This document shows, piece after piece, positions 1-9,627 of a stretch of DNA of 64,000 nucleotides. The stretch is from Verrucomicrobiia bacterium (GTDB taxonomy: Bacteria > Verrucomicrobiota > Verrucomicrobiia > Limisphaerales > UBA1319). Every line of letters starts with the position of its first letter. Position 1 is the stretch's first letter. The position numbers were made by a program, and so were the translations under genes. The notes under the pieces were generated by a model. That model did not search any database. It saw only the letters and a program-made list of their open reading frames with translations, and had not been told where the DNA came from. The DNA is taken from NCBI GenBank assembly GCA_963664225.1, contig OY760937.1:4864001-4928000 (forward strand), written 5' to 3'.

Positions 1-345
1 GGATTCCTGATCGAGCATTACGCGGGCAACTTCCCGTTGTGGATGGCGCCAGAACAGGTGCGCGTGCTGCCCATCACCGATCAACAGAACGATTACGCCC
101 GCCAGATCGTGGCGGAGTATCGCGCGCACGGGGTTCGTGCCACGCTTGATGGTTCCAGCGACAAAATCGGCGGAAAAATCCGTCGCGCCGAGGTGGACAA
201 GGTCAACACCATGTTTATTGTCGGGCAAAAAGAGCAGGAGGCGGGTGCCGTGGCTGTGCGTCGGCATGGCAAGGGAGACCAGGGCGTGAAGCCCAATGCC
301 GAAGTCCTGAACGCCCTCCTTGAGGAAATTCAGCAACGCGCCTGA
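1..345 (+). CDS. thrS: Threonine--tRNA ligase, C-terminal part (5' truncated by window)
   Basis: Frame 1 open from base 1: GFLIEHYAGNFPLWMAPEQVRVLPI...KIGGKIRRAE, the ThrRS motif-3 region plus anticodon-binding domain. Confidence 0.95.
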   Translation, partial: GFLIEHYAGNFPLWMAPEQVRVLPITDQQNDYARQIVAEYRAHGVRATLDGSSDKIGGKIRRAEVDKVNTMFIVGQKEQEAGAVAVRRHGKGDQGVKPNAEVLNALLEEIQQRA

Positions 346-368
346 TTGCATTGACGGGCTTTGATGAC

Positions 369-400
369 ACGGGCGGCTCGATGAGTCGCCCGTTTTTTTT
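369..400 (+). terminator. Rho-independent terminator after thrS
   Basis: ACGGGCGGCTC-gat-GAGTCGCCCGT stem-loop followed by a T-run. Confidence 0.85.
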
Positions 401-493
401 CTGTGCCGGAAAACACTCTACGTGTCGGTACCCGCTTTGACCGGCACGGCGTATGGCTCTAGTTTGAAGGTGAATGATTCTGATATTTGTTAA

Positions 494-3139
494 ATGAACT
501 CGATGCAAAAAACCGCGGATGCGACTTCCGCAAATACTGGTGGCGATGCGTCTGTTGCGGCATCCCCGGCCTTGCGGACTGTTTCCTTGCATGGATCCGG
601 TTCCGCACGGCCTGAATTGCTCGCTCCTGCGGGCGATTGGGAGTGTGCGCGCGCGGCAGTGGAGAATGGCGCGGATGCGATTTATTTTGGCCTCGATAAG
701 TTCAACGCCCGGATGCGGGCCCATAATTTCACACTGAAGGATTTGCCTGAGCTGATGTACTTCCTGCACCGGCGAGGCGTTAAGGGCTTTTTAACCTTCA
801 ACATTCTGGTTTTCGAAGACGAACTGGCCGAGGCGGAAATCTATCTAAGGGCGGTCATTGCCGCCGGGGTGGATGCGGCGATTGTCCAGGATGCGGGGAT
901 ATGCAGACTCATACGCCAATTGTCACCGGATTTTCCGATTCACGCCTCCACGCAAATGACGATCAGCAGCGGCGGCGGGTTGGAATACGCGCGGGATTTG
1001 GGCTGCTCACTGGTTGCACTGGCCCGGGAATGTTCGATTGGTGAAATTTCGCGCATGCGCGACGCAACTGCGGCTGCGACCAACCCGATGCCGCTGGAGG
1101 TGTTTATTCATGGCGCTTTATGCGTGGCCTATTCGGGGCAATGTCTTACAAGCGAAGCGCTGGGCGGGCGCTCCGCAAATCGCGGTGTTTGTGCCCAGGC
1201 CTGCCGGTTGCCCTACGATTTGGTGAGCGATGGCAAGGCCGTGGAATTGGGTGACAAACGCTATCTGCTCAGTCCCAAAGACCTCGCCGGCATGAGTGCC
1301 TTGCCCGATCTGATTCGCGCGGGCGTAACTGTTTTCAAAATCGAGGGCCGGTTGAAGAATCCGGAATATGTCGCGAGCATCACGCGGGTTTATCGTAAGG
1401 CCATAGACGAGGTCATGGCCGTTTTGGAAAAGGAAAATGGCCGGGGAGGGGAGGATGCCGCATTGGGTGTTGCGGAGTCGAATGCGAAGGCCAGCCGTTA
1501 CGAAATGGAGATGGCTTTTTCGAGAGGGCTGTACACGGGCTGGCTGCGGGGAGTTAACAATCGTGAATTGGTTCATGCCCGTTTTCCCAAGAAACGCGGC
1601 GTTTATCTGGGCAAGGTCAAGCGCGTGCTCGCGGAAGCGGCAATTGTCGAACTGGAGGCGCCTCTGAAGTTGGGGGATGGCGTTGTTTTTGATGACGGCC
1701 ATCCCGAGGCCAAGGAAGAGGGCGGACGCGTCTATGGACTGTTCGAACGCGACAAAGAAACCCGCATCACTTTCGGCCGTGGCGACGTGGACTGGAATCG
1801 GGTCCATCCGGGCGAATTCTTGTGGAAAACGAGCGATCCTGCCCTGGAGCGCGCCTTGAAGCTGACCTATACAAACGAGAAGCCCGGCCATCAACGCCCT
1901 GTGGACATCGAGGTGCATGGCCGCGCGGGCGATCCGCTGACGCTTCGGGCTAAAACCGAAAATGGATGCGTGGCCGAAGCGATCAGTCAGCAACCTTTGA
2001 TGGCCGCTCAAAAACAGCCTTTGACCGTTGATCGCCTGCGCGATCAGTTGGGCCGTTTGGGTGGGACACCCTTTGTCCTGCGCCAACTGGAGAATCATCT
2101 CGAAGGCGAAGTGATCTTGCCCGTAAGCGAGTTGAACCGTTTGCGACGTCAATTTGCCGCTGAATTGGAGGAAAAATGGGCGCATCCAGCCGCCTGGACG
2201 TTGAATCCGCCGCGCAATGTGGGCGAAGCCCCAATCGTTTCATCTGTATCGTCTGCACCCTCTGGCTCCTCCGCCATCGAGTCAGAAAACGCTGCGGCGG
2301 AATTGATCCCATTGGTGCGCAGTCTGGCGCAGTTGGAGGCCGTGCTGGGATGCGGCTGCCGCCGGATTTACTGCGAATTGGAGGATCTCAAAAAATATCG
2401 CGATGCCGCAAGCCTTGTCGGTTGCTCCGGCAATTGTTCCACAGGCCGCCCGGAATTATTCGTGGCTCCGCCGCGTATTTTCAAGCCGGGCGAGGAATGG
2501 ATGCTCAAACAGATCCAGACCAGTGGCGCTGATGGCTGGCTGGCGCGCAATTACGAGCACCTGCGCTACTTTGCGGGAGAGCGATGCGTTGGAGATTTCT
2601 CCTTCAACATGGCCAATCACATTGCGGCGGAATTCTTTCTCGAGAAATACGGACTGGAGCGCGTGACCGCTTCGTTCGATCTGGACGGACCGCAACTGGA
2701 GGCGCTGGCCCTTCGGATGGCGCCCGGACGGCTCGAGGTGTCCATTCACCATCGCATGCCCATGTTTCACATGGAGCATTGCGTGTTTTGCGCCTTTTTA
2801 TCGCAAGGCACCGACTACACTAATTGCGGTCGGCCCTGTGAAAAGCACACCGTGCAATTGCGGGATCGCGTTGGGGCTGAACATCCTCTCAAAGCCGATG
2901 CGGGCTGCCGCAACACGGTTTTTCATGCGCGGGCGCAAACCGGCGCCGAATACGTGCGTGGATTGGCGAACTTGGGCGTGCGTTGGTTCCGTATCGAATT
3001 GTTAAACGAGACACCGGAACAAACGGTTCAAGTTCTAACCAAATACCGGGCTTTGCTGCGCGGAGAATTGGCCCCATCGCAACTGGGTCAGGACCTCAAG
3101 TTAATCAACCGCCTCGGTGTGGGCCGCGGGCCGGAATAA
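494..3139 (+). CDS. Peptidase U32 family protein with DUF3656 region (RlhA-like rRNA hydroxylation enzyme)
   Basis: PELLAPAG, GADAIYFG, HASTQM, HGALCVAYSGQC, SANRGVCAQACR and FKIEGRLK motifs; long C-terminal LGRLGGTPF and MEHCVFCAF region. Confidence 0.9.
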   Translation: MNSMQKTADATSANTGGDASVAASPALRTVSLHGSGSARPELLAPAGDWECARAAVENGADAIYFGLDKFNARMRAHNFTLKDLPELMYFLHRRGVKGFLTFNILVFEDELAEAEIYLRAVIAAGVDAAIVQDAGICRLIRQLSPDFPIHASTQMTISSGGGLEYARDLGCSLVALARECSIGEISRMRDATAAATNPMPLEVFIHGALCVAYSGQCLTSEALGGRSANRGVCAQACRLPYDLVSDGKAVELGDKRYLLSPKDLAGMSALPDLIRAGVTVFKIEGRLKNPEYVASITRVYRKAIDEVMAVLEKENGRGGEDAALGVAESNAKASRYEMEMAFSRGLYTGWLRGVNNRELVHARFPKKRGVYLGKVKRVLAEAAIVELEAPLKLGDGVVFDDGHPEAKEEGGRVYGLFERDKETRITFGRGDVDWNRVHPGEFLWKTSDPALERALKLTYTNEKPGHQRPVDIEVHGRAGDPLTLRAKTENGCVAEAISQQPLMAAQKQPLTVDRLRDQLGRLGGTPFVLRQLENHLEGEVILPVSELNRLRRQFAAELEEKWAHPAAWTLNPPRNVGEAPIVSSVSSAPSGSSAIESENAAAELIPLVRSLAQLEAVLGCGCRRIYCELEDLKKYRDAASLVGCSGNCSTGRPELFVAPPRIFKPGEEWMLKQIQTSGADGWLARNYEHLRYFAGERCVGDFSFNMANHIAAEFFLEKYGLERVTASFDLDGPQLEALALRMAPGRLEVSIHHRMPMFHMEHCVFCAFLSQGTDYTNCGRPCEKHTVQLRDRVGAEHPLKADAGCRNTVFHARAQTGAEYVRGLANLGVRWFRIELLNETPEQTVQVLTKYRALLRGELAPSQLGQDLKLINRLGVGRGPE

Positions 3140-3224
3140 ACCCCCTTAATATAACATTGCCATATCGACTGTATGGCATCACACTTTGGTTCGCCAGCGT
3201 GGGTAATCCCAGTGTCTTGCTTTT

Positions 3225-4406
3225 ATGCAAAAATCCGACATGGCAGGCGGTAATGGACGAATAAAACGCTTTATAGCGGTCCGCCAATGTGCGCTCTGGA
3301 TCGGAATTTTGTTTGTGGGCATGGCTTTGGGAACGCATGGCGCGCAAATGAAAGGGTCCATGAATATTGAAGAGCGTTCGTTCGGACACACTCCGGATGG
3401 CAAAGAAGTCAGGTTGTACGTGCTCAGCAACGGCAACGGCATGGTGGCCAAAATCAGTTCCTATGGGCCGATTTTGACCGAATTGGAGGTGCCGGATCGC
3501 CAGGGGCATGCGGCCAACGTGGTGTTGGGCTTCGATAATCTTCCGCAATATCTTCAGGGCCACCCCGGTTTTGGAGCCACCATTGGACGCGTCGCCAACC
3601 GCATCGGCAAGGCGCGATTCACCCTCGACGGTGTCGAATACAAGCTGGCGGTCAATAACGGTCCCAATCATTTGCACGGCGGCATCAAGGGTTTCGACAA
3701 GATGGTTTGGGAGACCAAATCCGTCGTCACCAATGAGAACGAGGCATCGGTCGAGTTCTTTTACTTGAGCAAGGATGGCGAGGAGAATTATCCCGGCAAC
3801 CTTTCGGTGACCGTGACTTTCACTTTGACGCGCGATAACGCCCTGCGCATCCATTACAAGGCGAAAACGGACAAGGCCACACCGATCAACCTGACCAACC
3901 ACAGCTATTTCAACCTCGCGGGAATCGGCGATGTTCTCAATCATTCGGTAACCATTTTTGCGGATCGTTACACCCCTGGGGACGACACCTTGATTCCAAC
4001 GGGCGAGATTGCGGCAGTGGCGGGAACGCCTTTGGATTTTAGAACACCTCGCAAAGTGGGGGAGCGCATCGATCAATTAAAGCCCAATCCGGGTGGTTAT
4101 GATCATAACTACGTGTTGAACGCGGGCGGCAAGTCGTTGGCCCTTGCGGCGCGGGTAACAGAACCGACCACCGGGCGGGTCATGGAAGTTTCGACCACGG
4201 AACCGGGCGTGCAACTCTACACAGGCAATTTCCTCGATGGCAAACTCAAGGGTTTGGGCGGCGTTCAATACGTTCGTCATTCGGGCCTCTGCCTGGAGAC
4301 ACAACATTTTCCCGACGCCATAAACAAGCCGAATTTCCCCTCAGTGGTGCTGCGGCCAGGTCAGACTTTCGACTCGACCACGGTTTATAAATTCAGTGTC
4401 CAATGA
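3225..4406 (+). CDS. galM: Aldose 1-epimerase (galactose mutarotase), with probable signal peptide
   Basis: GRVANRI, NHLHGG, TNHSYFNL, YDHNY and CLETQHFPD motifs; hydrophobic N-terminus. Exact start uncertain. Confidence 0.92.
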   Translation: MQKSDMAGGNGRIKRFIAVRQCALWIGILFVGMALGTHGAQMKGSMNIEERSFGHTPDGKEVRLYVLSNGNGMVAKISSYGPILTELEVPDRQGHAANVVLGFDNLPQYLQGHPGFGATIGRVANRIGKARFTLDGVEYKLAVNNGPNHLHGGIKGFDKMVWETKSVVTNENEASVEFFYLSKDGEENYPGNLSVTVTFTLTRDNALRIHYKAKTDKATPINLTNHSYFNLAGIGDVLNHSVTIFADRYTPGDDTLIPTGEIAAVAGTPLDFRTPRKVGERIDQLKPNPGGYDHNYVLNAGGKSLALAARVTEPTTGRVMEVSTTEPGVQLYTGNFLDGKLKGLGGVQYVRHSGLCLETQHFPDAINKPNFPSVVLRPGQTFDSTTVYKFSVQ

Positions 4407-4501
4407 TTTCGGGCTAAATCGCAACCACCGAACCAGGGCTGAATCCGCGTATCATAAAAATGCGCTGACCGCTCTTGCGCTGGTTAATATAATTATACGC
4501 C

Positions 4502-6094
4502 GTGTTGGAAACACCTTTGCATTATAATTTTGTCACCGATGTCATGGATCGCTGGGCTGCGGAGCGGCCGGATTCCACCGCACTGTGGTGGGTGAACGAC
4601 ACCGGCGATCAGACGATTAAATATTCCTTTCGCCAATTAATGGACGTGGGTCGCCAGGCCGCCAATTACTTGCGCAGCCAGGGCGTGGCTAAAGGCGATC
4701 GCGTGATGATCCTTTTACCCCGGTTGCCCGAGTGGTGGATTGTGATGCTCGGTTTAATTCGATTGGGCGCCGTGCCCATTCCCTCCACGCTGCTTCTGAC
4801 GGAACGCGATCTGGCCTATCGTGTTCAGACCGGCTGCATCAAGGGCGTGGTCACCACGCAGGATGGCGCCGCAAAATTGTCGAATTTTGAGGGCATACGC
4901 ATGTTGGTTGGCGGTTCCTCGCCAGGTTGGAACGACTTCGACGAAGGGGTGCGCAAGGCATCGACGGTGTTCGAAGGCGAACCCACCCGCGCCGACGATC
5001 CGGGCATCATCTTTTTCACCAGCGCGACAACGGGTGAGCCGAAGATGGTTCTGCACACTCAACTCAGCTACGGTTTGGGCCATCGCCAGACGGGCGATCT
5101 GTGGCTCAATTTGAATCCGGACGATCTGCATTGGAATCTTTCTGACCTGGGCTGGGGCAAGGCGGCGTGGTCGAGTTTTTACGGCCCATGGCACATGGGT
5201 GCCTGCGTATTTGCGGTGAATACATTGGGGAAATTTGACGCGCATCATACATTGGAAATCCTCGCCCGTTATCCCATCACGACCTGGTGCGCGCCGCCCA
5301 CGGCTTTGCGCCTGATCGTGCGTCAGGATTTGTCCCGCTGGAAATTCCCGCATCTCCGCCATTGCGTCAGTGCCGGTGAACCGCTGAATCCCGAGGTGAT
5401 TGCCATTTGGAAGGCCGCCACCGGGCTGGATATTTACGAGTGTTACGGCCAGACGGAGACGGTTGTGCTGATTGGCAATTTTCGCGCGCACGGACTGCCG
5501 ATTCGTCCTGGTTCAATGGGACACGCAAATCCAAATTTTCATGTCGCCATTCTCGACGACCAATATCGCGAAGTGGCGCCCGGGGTTGAAGGCGAGATCG
5601 CCATTCGTGTCGAGCCGCAACGGCCCATTGGCTTGTTTCGGGAGTATTTAAACAGCGACGCCGAAAACGTCCGACAATTCAGGGACGGCTGGTACCTGAC
5701 CGGGGATCGCGCCCGGTGCGATGCGGATGGCTATTACTGGTTCGTGGGTCGCAAGGACGACGTGATCAAAAGCTCGGGTTACCGCATCGGCCCGTTCGAG
5801 GTGGAGCACGCCCTGATGGAGCACAAGGCCGTCCTGGACGTCGCTGTGGTGGGGAAGCCGGATGAAATTAGAGGTCAAATAGTCAAGGCATTCATTGTAT
5901 TGCGTGCCTCGCAGGAACCTACGGCGGCGTTGAAGTCCGAATTGCAGATGCACTGCAAGAAAACCGTGGCGCCCTATAAATACCCGCGCGAAATCGAGTT
6001 CGTGCATGAGTTGCCCAAAACCACGAGCGGCAAGACCCGGCGCGTCGAGTTGCGCCAGCGCGAAGCCCTGGCCCGCAAAGCCCTGAGATCCTGA
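4502..6094 (+). CDS. Acyl-CoA synthetase (AMP-forming, medium-chain ACSM-like)
   Basis: FTSATTGEPKMV, SAGEPLNPE, YGQTET, TGD, GRKDD and LPKTTSGK adenylation motifs; GTG start. Confidence 0.9.
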   Translation: MLETPLHYNFVTDVMDRWAAERPDSTALWWVNDTGDQTIKYSFRQLMDVGRQAANYLRSQGVAKGDRVMILLPRLPEWWIVMLGLIRLGAVPIPSTLLLTERDLAYRVQTGCIKGVVTTQDGAAKLSNFEGIRMLVGGSSPGWNDFDEGVRKASTVFEGEPTRADDPGIIFFTSATTGEPKMVLHTQLSYGLGHRQTGDLWLNLNPDDLHWNLSDLGWGKAAWSSFYGPWHMGACVFAVNTLGKFDAHHTLEILARYPITTWCAPPTALRLIVRQDLSRWKFPHLRHCVSAGEPLNPEVIAIWKAATGLDIYECYGQTETVVLIGNFRAHGLPIRPGSMGHANPNFHVAILDDQYREVAPGVEGEIAIRVEPQRPIGLFREYLNSDAENVRQFRDGWYLTGDRARCDADGYYWFVGRKDDVIKSSGYRIGPFEVEHALMEHKAVLDVAVVGKPDEIRGQIVKAFIVLRASQEPTAALKSELQMHCKKTVAPYKYPREIEFVHELPKTTSGKTRRVELRQREALARKALRS

Positions 6095-6138
6095 CGGGAC
6101 GAGCCTGCCATTACGCAGGCTCTGATCTCGTCAGTGGA

Positions 6139-7332
6139 TTAGTTCTGGTCGGCGAAAAGGCCCGCAGCCCGGTGTCGGGTCGTAATGTCGTCGGCGAATT
6201 TCCCGATCGCCTCGAAATCCTGTGATCGTGGCGCGCCCTTGATGATCAAGGGCGGAATGGTCTCGGCCTTGAGTTGATCGAGTATTTTGGCGAGTTGATC
6301 CGTCGTTTTCCCTGCCCAACCAAACGATCCCATGAATGAGATAAACCGCGTTTTGGGTTTAAGGGCGTTCGTCAGATAGGCCGCCAGGATGGCCTGGGGA
6401 TGGGCTCCGAGCAGAACGGTGGGTGTGGCAAAGACCACCGTGGCCGCATCGACAAGGGCGATGGCCAGTTTGCCAAGGTCCGTTTTGGTGAGATCGAAGG
6501 GTTTGACCGTCACACCCCGGGCGATCAAGTCGCGCGTAAAGATTTGCACCATTTTCTCCGTGCTTCCATGCATGGAAACGTAAGGGATGACCACCTCGTT
6601 GCGCACCCGGTCCGAAACCCAGTCCCGATAGGCCCCAAGGATATGTTCCGGTTGGCGGTGCAGGGGACCGTGGCTGGGACAGACCATTGCGATGGGCAGC
6701 GTGGCGAGTTTTTCAAGGTGGCTTTTGATGTGGCTGCGGAAGGGCATCATGATTTCCCCGTAATAACGCTTGGCCGGCTCGTAGATTTCGCTCAGGTCGT
6801 TGACAAACAGGTCTGAGGTGCCCAGATGAGCCCCCAGAAAATCGCAGGAAAAGAGGATCTTGTCTTCGCGCAACCACGTGAACATCGTTTCCGGCCAGTG
6901 AACCCACGGGGCAAAAATGAACTCCAGTGTCTTGCCTCCCAGGTCGAGCGTTTCACGGTCCTTGACGATGCGGAAGCGTTCGGGCGCTAGATCGAAGAGC
7001 AAGGCGAGCTGAGCTTTGCATTTATCATTGGTGACGACCATGGCTTCGGGAAACCGCTTCAATACCTCGGGCAGGCTTCCGGAATGGTCCTGTTCGGCAT
7101 GGTTGATGACCACGTAATCCAGGCGTGTGATGCCAGCTTGATCCAGGTTTGTGAACAAATCGTCCATCAATCCGGGTTCGACCGTGTCGATGAGGGCTGT
7201 TCTGGCCGCGCCTTGAACCACGTAGGCGTTGTAGCTGGTTCCATCGGGCGTGGGAACCAGGGCATCGAACAGCCTCAGACTGAAATCAATGGCCCCAACC
7301 CAATGCACTCCAGAACAAATATTGCGTGACAT
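6139..7332 (-). CDS. fprA: Flavodiiron protein (FprA/A-type flavoprotein; O2/NO reductase family)
   Basis: GTSYNAY, NHAEQDHSGS, PWVHWPE, FSCD and PSHGP beta-lactamase-like di-iron domain plus SMHGST flavodoxin domain; start set at MSRNIC. Confidence 0.9.
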   Translation of the reverse strand: MSRNICSGVHWVGAIDFSLRLFDALVPTPDGTSYNAYVVQGAARTALIDTVEPGLMDDLFTNLDQAGITRLDYVVINHAEQDHSGSLPEVLKRFPEAMVVTNDKCKAQLALLFDLAPERFRIVKDRETLDLGGKTLEFIFAPWVHWPETMFTWLREDKILFSCDFLGAHLGTSDLFVNDLSEIYEPAKRYYGEIMMPFRSHIKSHLEKLATLPIAMVCPSHGPLHRQPEHILGAYRDWVSDRVRNEVVIPYVSMHGSTEKMVQIFTRDLIARGVTVKPFDLTKTDLGKLAIALVDAATVVFATPTVLLGAHPQAILAAYLTNALKPKTRFISFMGSFGWAGKTTDQLAKILDQLKAETIPPLIIKGAPRSQDFEAIGKFADDITTRHRAAGLFADQN

Positions 7333-7721
7333 GATTATAAAAAAATAATTCAAACTCCGAGCCATGCGTGTAATAGCCGTAAATAATGCAACGGCGAGAC
7401 GCGCAACCCTTCAATAAGGCGGAATTTAATAGCTCAAACGCGAAATCAAGGCAATGACAACCGCGAGTTGTTCGAACTTTTCTGCTGCGCGCAAAACCTG
7501 CTACTTTTCCTTGTGAGAAAGGACGAGAATGAAGGCGTTAGTCAATCATTGTTATCGTTCTCAAACTTCCAACTCCCTCCAGAATACAGCCCGCAATAAA
7601 CGGTATTTCACTCTTGACTCAATGGTCACAGCCACTCACTCTGAAATGCGTTATGGAGAAATGGGTTTCCACCTTGGTCGATGTTAAAAGTCGTTAAAAT
7701 ACTGGTAATCCGCTTTAAGCC

Positions 7722-8024
7722 ATGAGTGCCGCCGCCGTAATATCAATTCGCAGAAAAAGGCTGGTGAATCGCTTTCGGCAAGCCGGTGCGACAGACCCGG
7801 AGCACGCGATCACACCTGAGGCAATTGGGGAACGCCCCTCCTGGATTTTTAACCAAATGGTGGAGCACGGCGTATTTCTGCCTGCCCTGAACGGTCGTTT
7901 CTATGTGGACGACCAGGCTGCGATTGAGTTCCTCCGGCAGCGCAGGAAACGGGGGCTGCTCATTGCAGGCATTCTGCTCCTTTTGTTCTTGTTGCTCTGG
8001 GCATTTGGAACGTTAGTGAGATGA
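7722..8024 (+). CDS. Hypothetical protein with C-terminal transmembrane helix
   Basis: 100-aa ORF ending RRKRGLLIAGILLLLFLLLWAF. Confidence 0.65.
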   Translation: MSAAAVISIRRKRLVNRFRQAGATDPEHAITPEAIGERPSWIFNQMVEHGVFLPALNGRFYVDDQAAIEFLRQRRKRGLLIAGILLLLFLLLWAFGTLVR

Positions 8025-8172
8025 ACACGATGGCTGACCAATCGCGAGTATCAATCGAAATTGTCCTTTGTAGTGCCGCAGTCGCGATTCGAAGTGCAAA
8101 TGTGAGTTTATTTAACTTGAATTCGGGTGGCATAAAACCCGTCGAACATTTTAACGCGTAAATCGAGATCTT

Positions 8173-8388
8173 ATGAAAAATCTATTCCTGCCGGCATTGA
8201 TTGGGCTTGTGGCTATGACGTTTCTTACGGGATGCGTAAACCTCCAGCTTGGAGGCGGCACGACAAGCAAACCTCAACCTCCCACTGTCGGTCAGCAGTT
8301 GATTGACTTGCAGCACGCCAGGGACGCCAGAGTCATTTCAGAAGAAGAGTATCAGGTTCAAAAAGCCAGGATTCTTGGCAATAGGTAG
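8173..8388 (+). CDS. Small lipoprotein with SHOCT domain
   Basis: Lipobox LTGC; C-terminal QLIDLQHARDARVISEEEYQVQKARIL fits the SHOCT pattern. Confidence 0.75.
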   Translation: MKNLFLPALIGLVAMTFLTGCVNLQLGGGTTSKPQPPTVGQQLIDLQHARDARVISEEEYQVQKARILGNR

Positions 8389-8451
8389 TCCTGATGTCTG
8401 AAAAGTCGCCGGAGGCAGCCCCGCTGGCTCGTCCTCAATAAATTCACCTTT

Positions 8452-8820
8452 ATGAAATCCAGATGCCTTGTTTTATTGGCGATAAGTTTGATGGCGCTTG
8501 CGGGTTGTGAGACTGCTCCCAGGACTGCACCCATCGCCTTGCAGGCGGGCATGACGCGCGACGATCTCAGATTGCATTTCGGTGAGCCGTTGCGGATCGA
8601 ACCCGCCGCTTCGGGTGGCGAGAACTGGTATTATCGCTTCGTCTCATGGCAGACTCGACCCACTCAGGACTCCGGCATCAGCAACGAATATGGTCAGATG
8701 GCCCCATACGCTTCCTCGGGTCTGGATGTTTCGAAGGAAACGGTGGAGTGTCCCATCCATGTCTCCTCTGGAGGGTACGTAATCGAACCTCTTCCAAAAG
8801 GCAAAGTCGTCCACAAATGA
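8452..8820 (+). CDS. Hypothetical lipoprotein (SmpA/OmlA/BamE-like motif)
   Basis: Lipobox LAGC; GMTRDDLRLHFGEP...ENWYY resembles the GMTxxxVxxxxGxP..W.Y pattern. Confidence 0.65.
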   Translation: MKSRCLVLLAISLMALAGCETAPRTAPIALQAGMTRDDLRLHFGEPLRIEPAASGGENWYYRFVSWQTRPTQDSGISNEYGQMAPYASSGLDVSKETVECPIHVSSGGYVIEPLPKGKVVHK

Positions 8821-8966
8821 CCCTGTGGTCTGACCAGCGCGCCAAAACAATTCGGCGACCCACAAGGCAGTCGGACGGTGCGGAAGGATTTCAACGCTAC
8901 TGTTGTAGTCGCCGGGCGGTTGCGGCGGCGGTCGCTGAGTTTGGGCATTCCGCCACATTGAGTGCC

Positions 8967-9476
8967 ATGAGTCTTTGCGTAAGTATTTGCCTGTCCATTA
9001 CTTCTGCAGTCCAGGCACAAGACGATTGGCCTGTGTTCTATAGTGCTGAGAAAGGGCCAGCGCATTTGTTGATTTCACGCGAAGCACAAACCTTGGCTGC
9101 TTACACAAACAGCATTCCATTATGGAATCGTGAGCTGCTTACACCGAGGGCCAAAATAAACTTCGTAGAAATAAATGAATTGGGAAAAAATGGCGGATTG
9201 CGAGTTCTTGAAGTGCGTTTTTCACTGAAGGATATTTACTACACCAACATGCTGATGATTATAGAGGAGGTCAAACAGGGGCAATTCCTGCCGATATATG
9301 TTCAAGTCTATAATCGTAATGTTCGTGTGCCATCTGCCAGCGTCATTACCAACGACCAGGAAAAACTCATCGTTAATACAGGCATGGATTATGAAGGAAC
9401 GGGACATTTTCATGATCATTACAAAGTCACAATTTCACTCAATCATGACCCGCTGATTGTTGGATCGAATGATTGA
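8967..9476 (+). CDS. Hypothetical exported protein
   Basis: Within track ORF 8646..9476; ATG at 8967 gives signal-like MSLCVSICLSITSAVQA; AT-rich. Confidence 0.55.
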   Translation: MSLCVSICLSITSAVQAQDDWPVFYSAEKGPAHLLISREAQTLAAYTNSIPLWNRELLTPRAKINFVEINELGKNGGLRVLEVRFSLKDIYYTNMLMIIEEVKQGQFLPIYVQVYNRNVRVPSASVITNDQEKLIVNTGMDYEGTGHFHDHYKVTISLNHDPLIVGSND

Positions 9477-9627
9477 AACGCGTACGAATTATGGGTTAGA
9501 GTTTGACCGTCAGGCCTGACAATTCGCCAGAACCCACCTCCATTGGCACTTGCACTTCTATTGTTGCGGTCCAGGTTGTGCTTTGTCGGTGCCGCAGGTT
9601 CTTACGATCAGCGCTAAGGAGAACGAA

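Noticed and set aside
346..493. Missing infC-rpmI-rplT after thrS as a notable rearrangement
   Set aside because: A clear terminator follows thrS, and this linkage is often broken; low information
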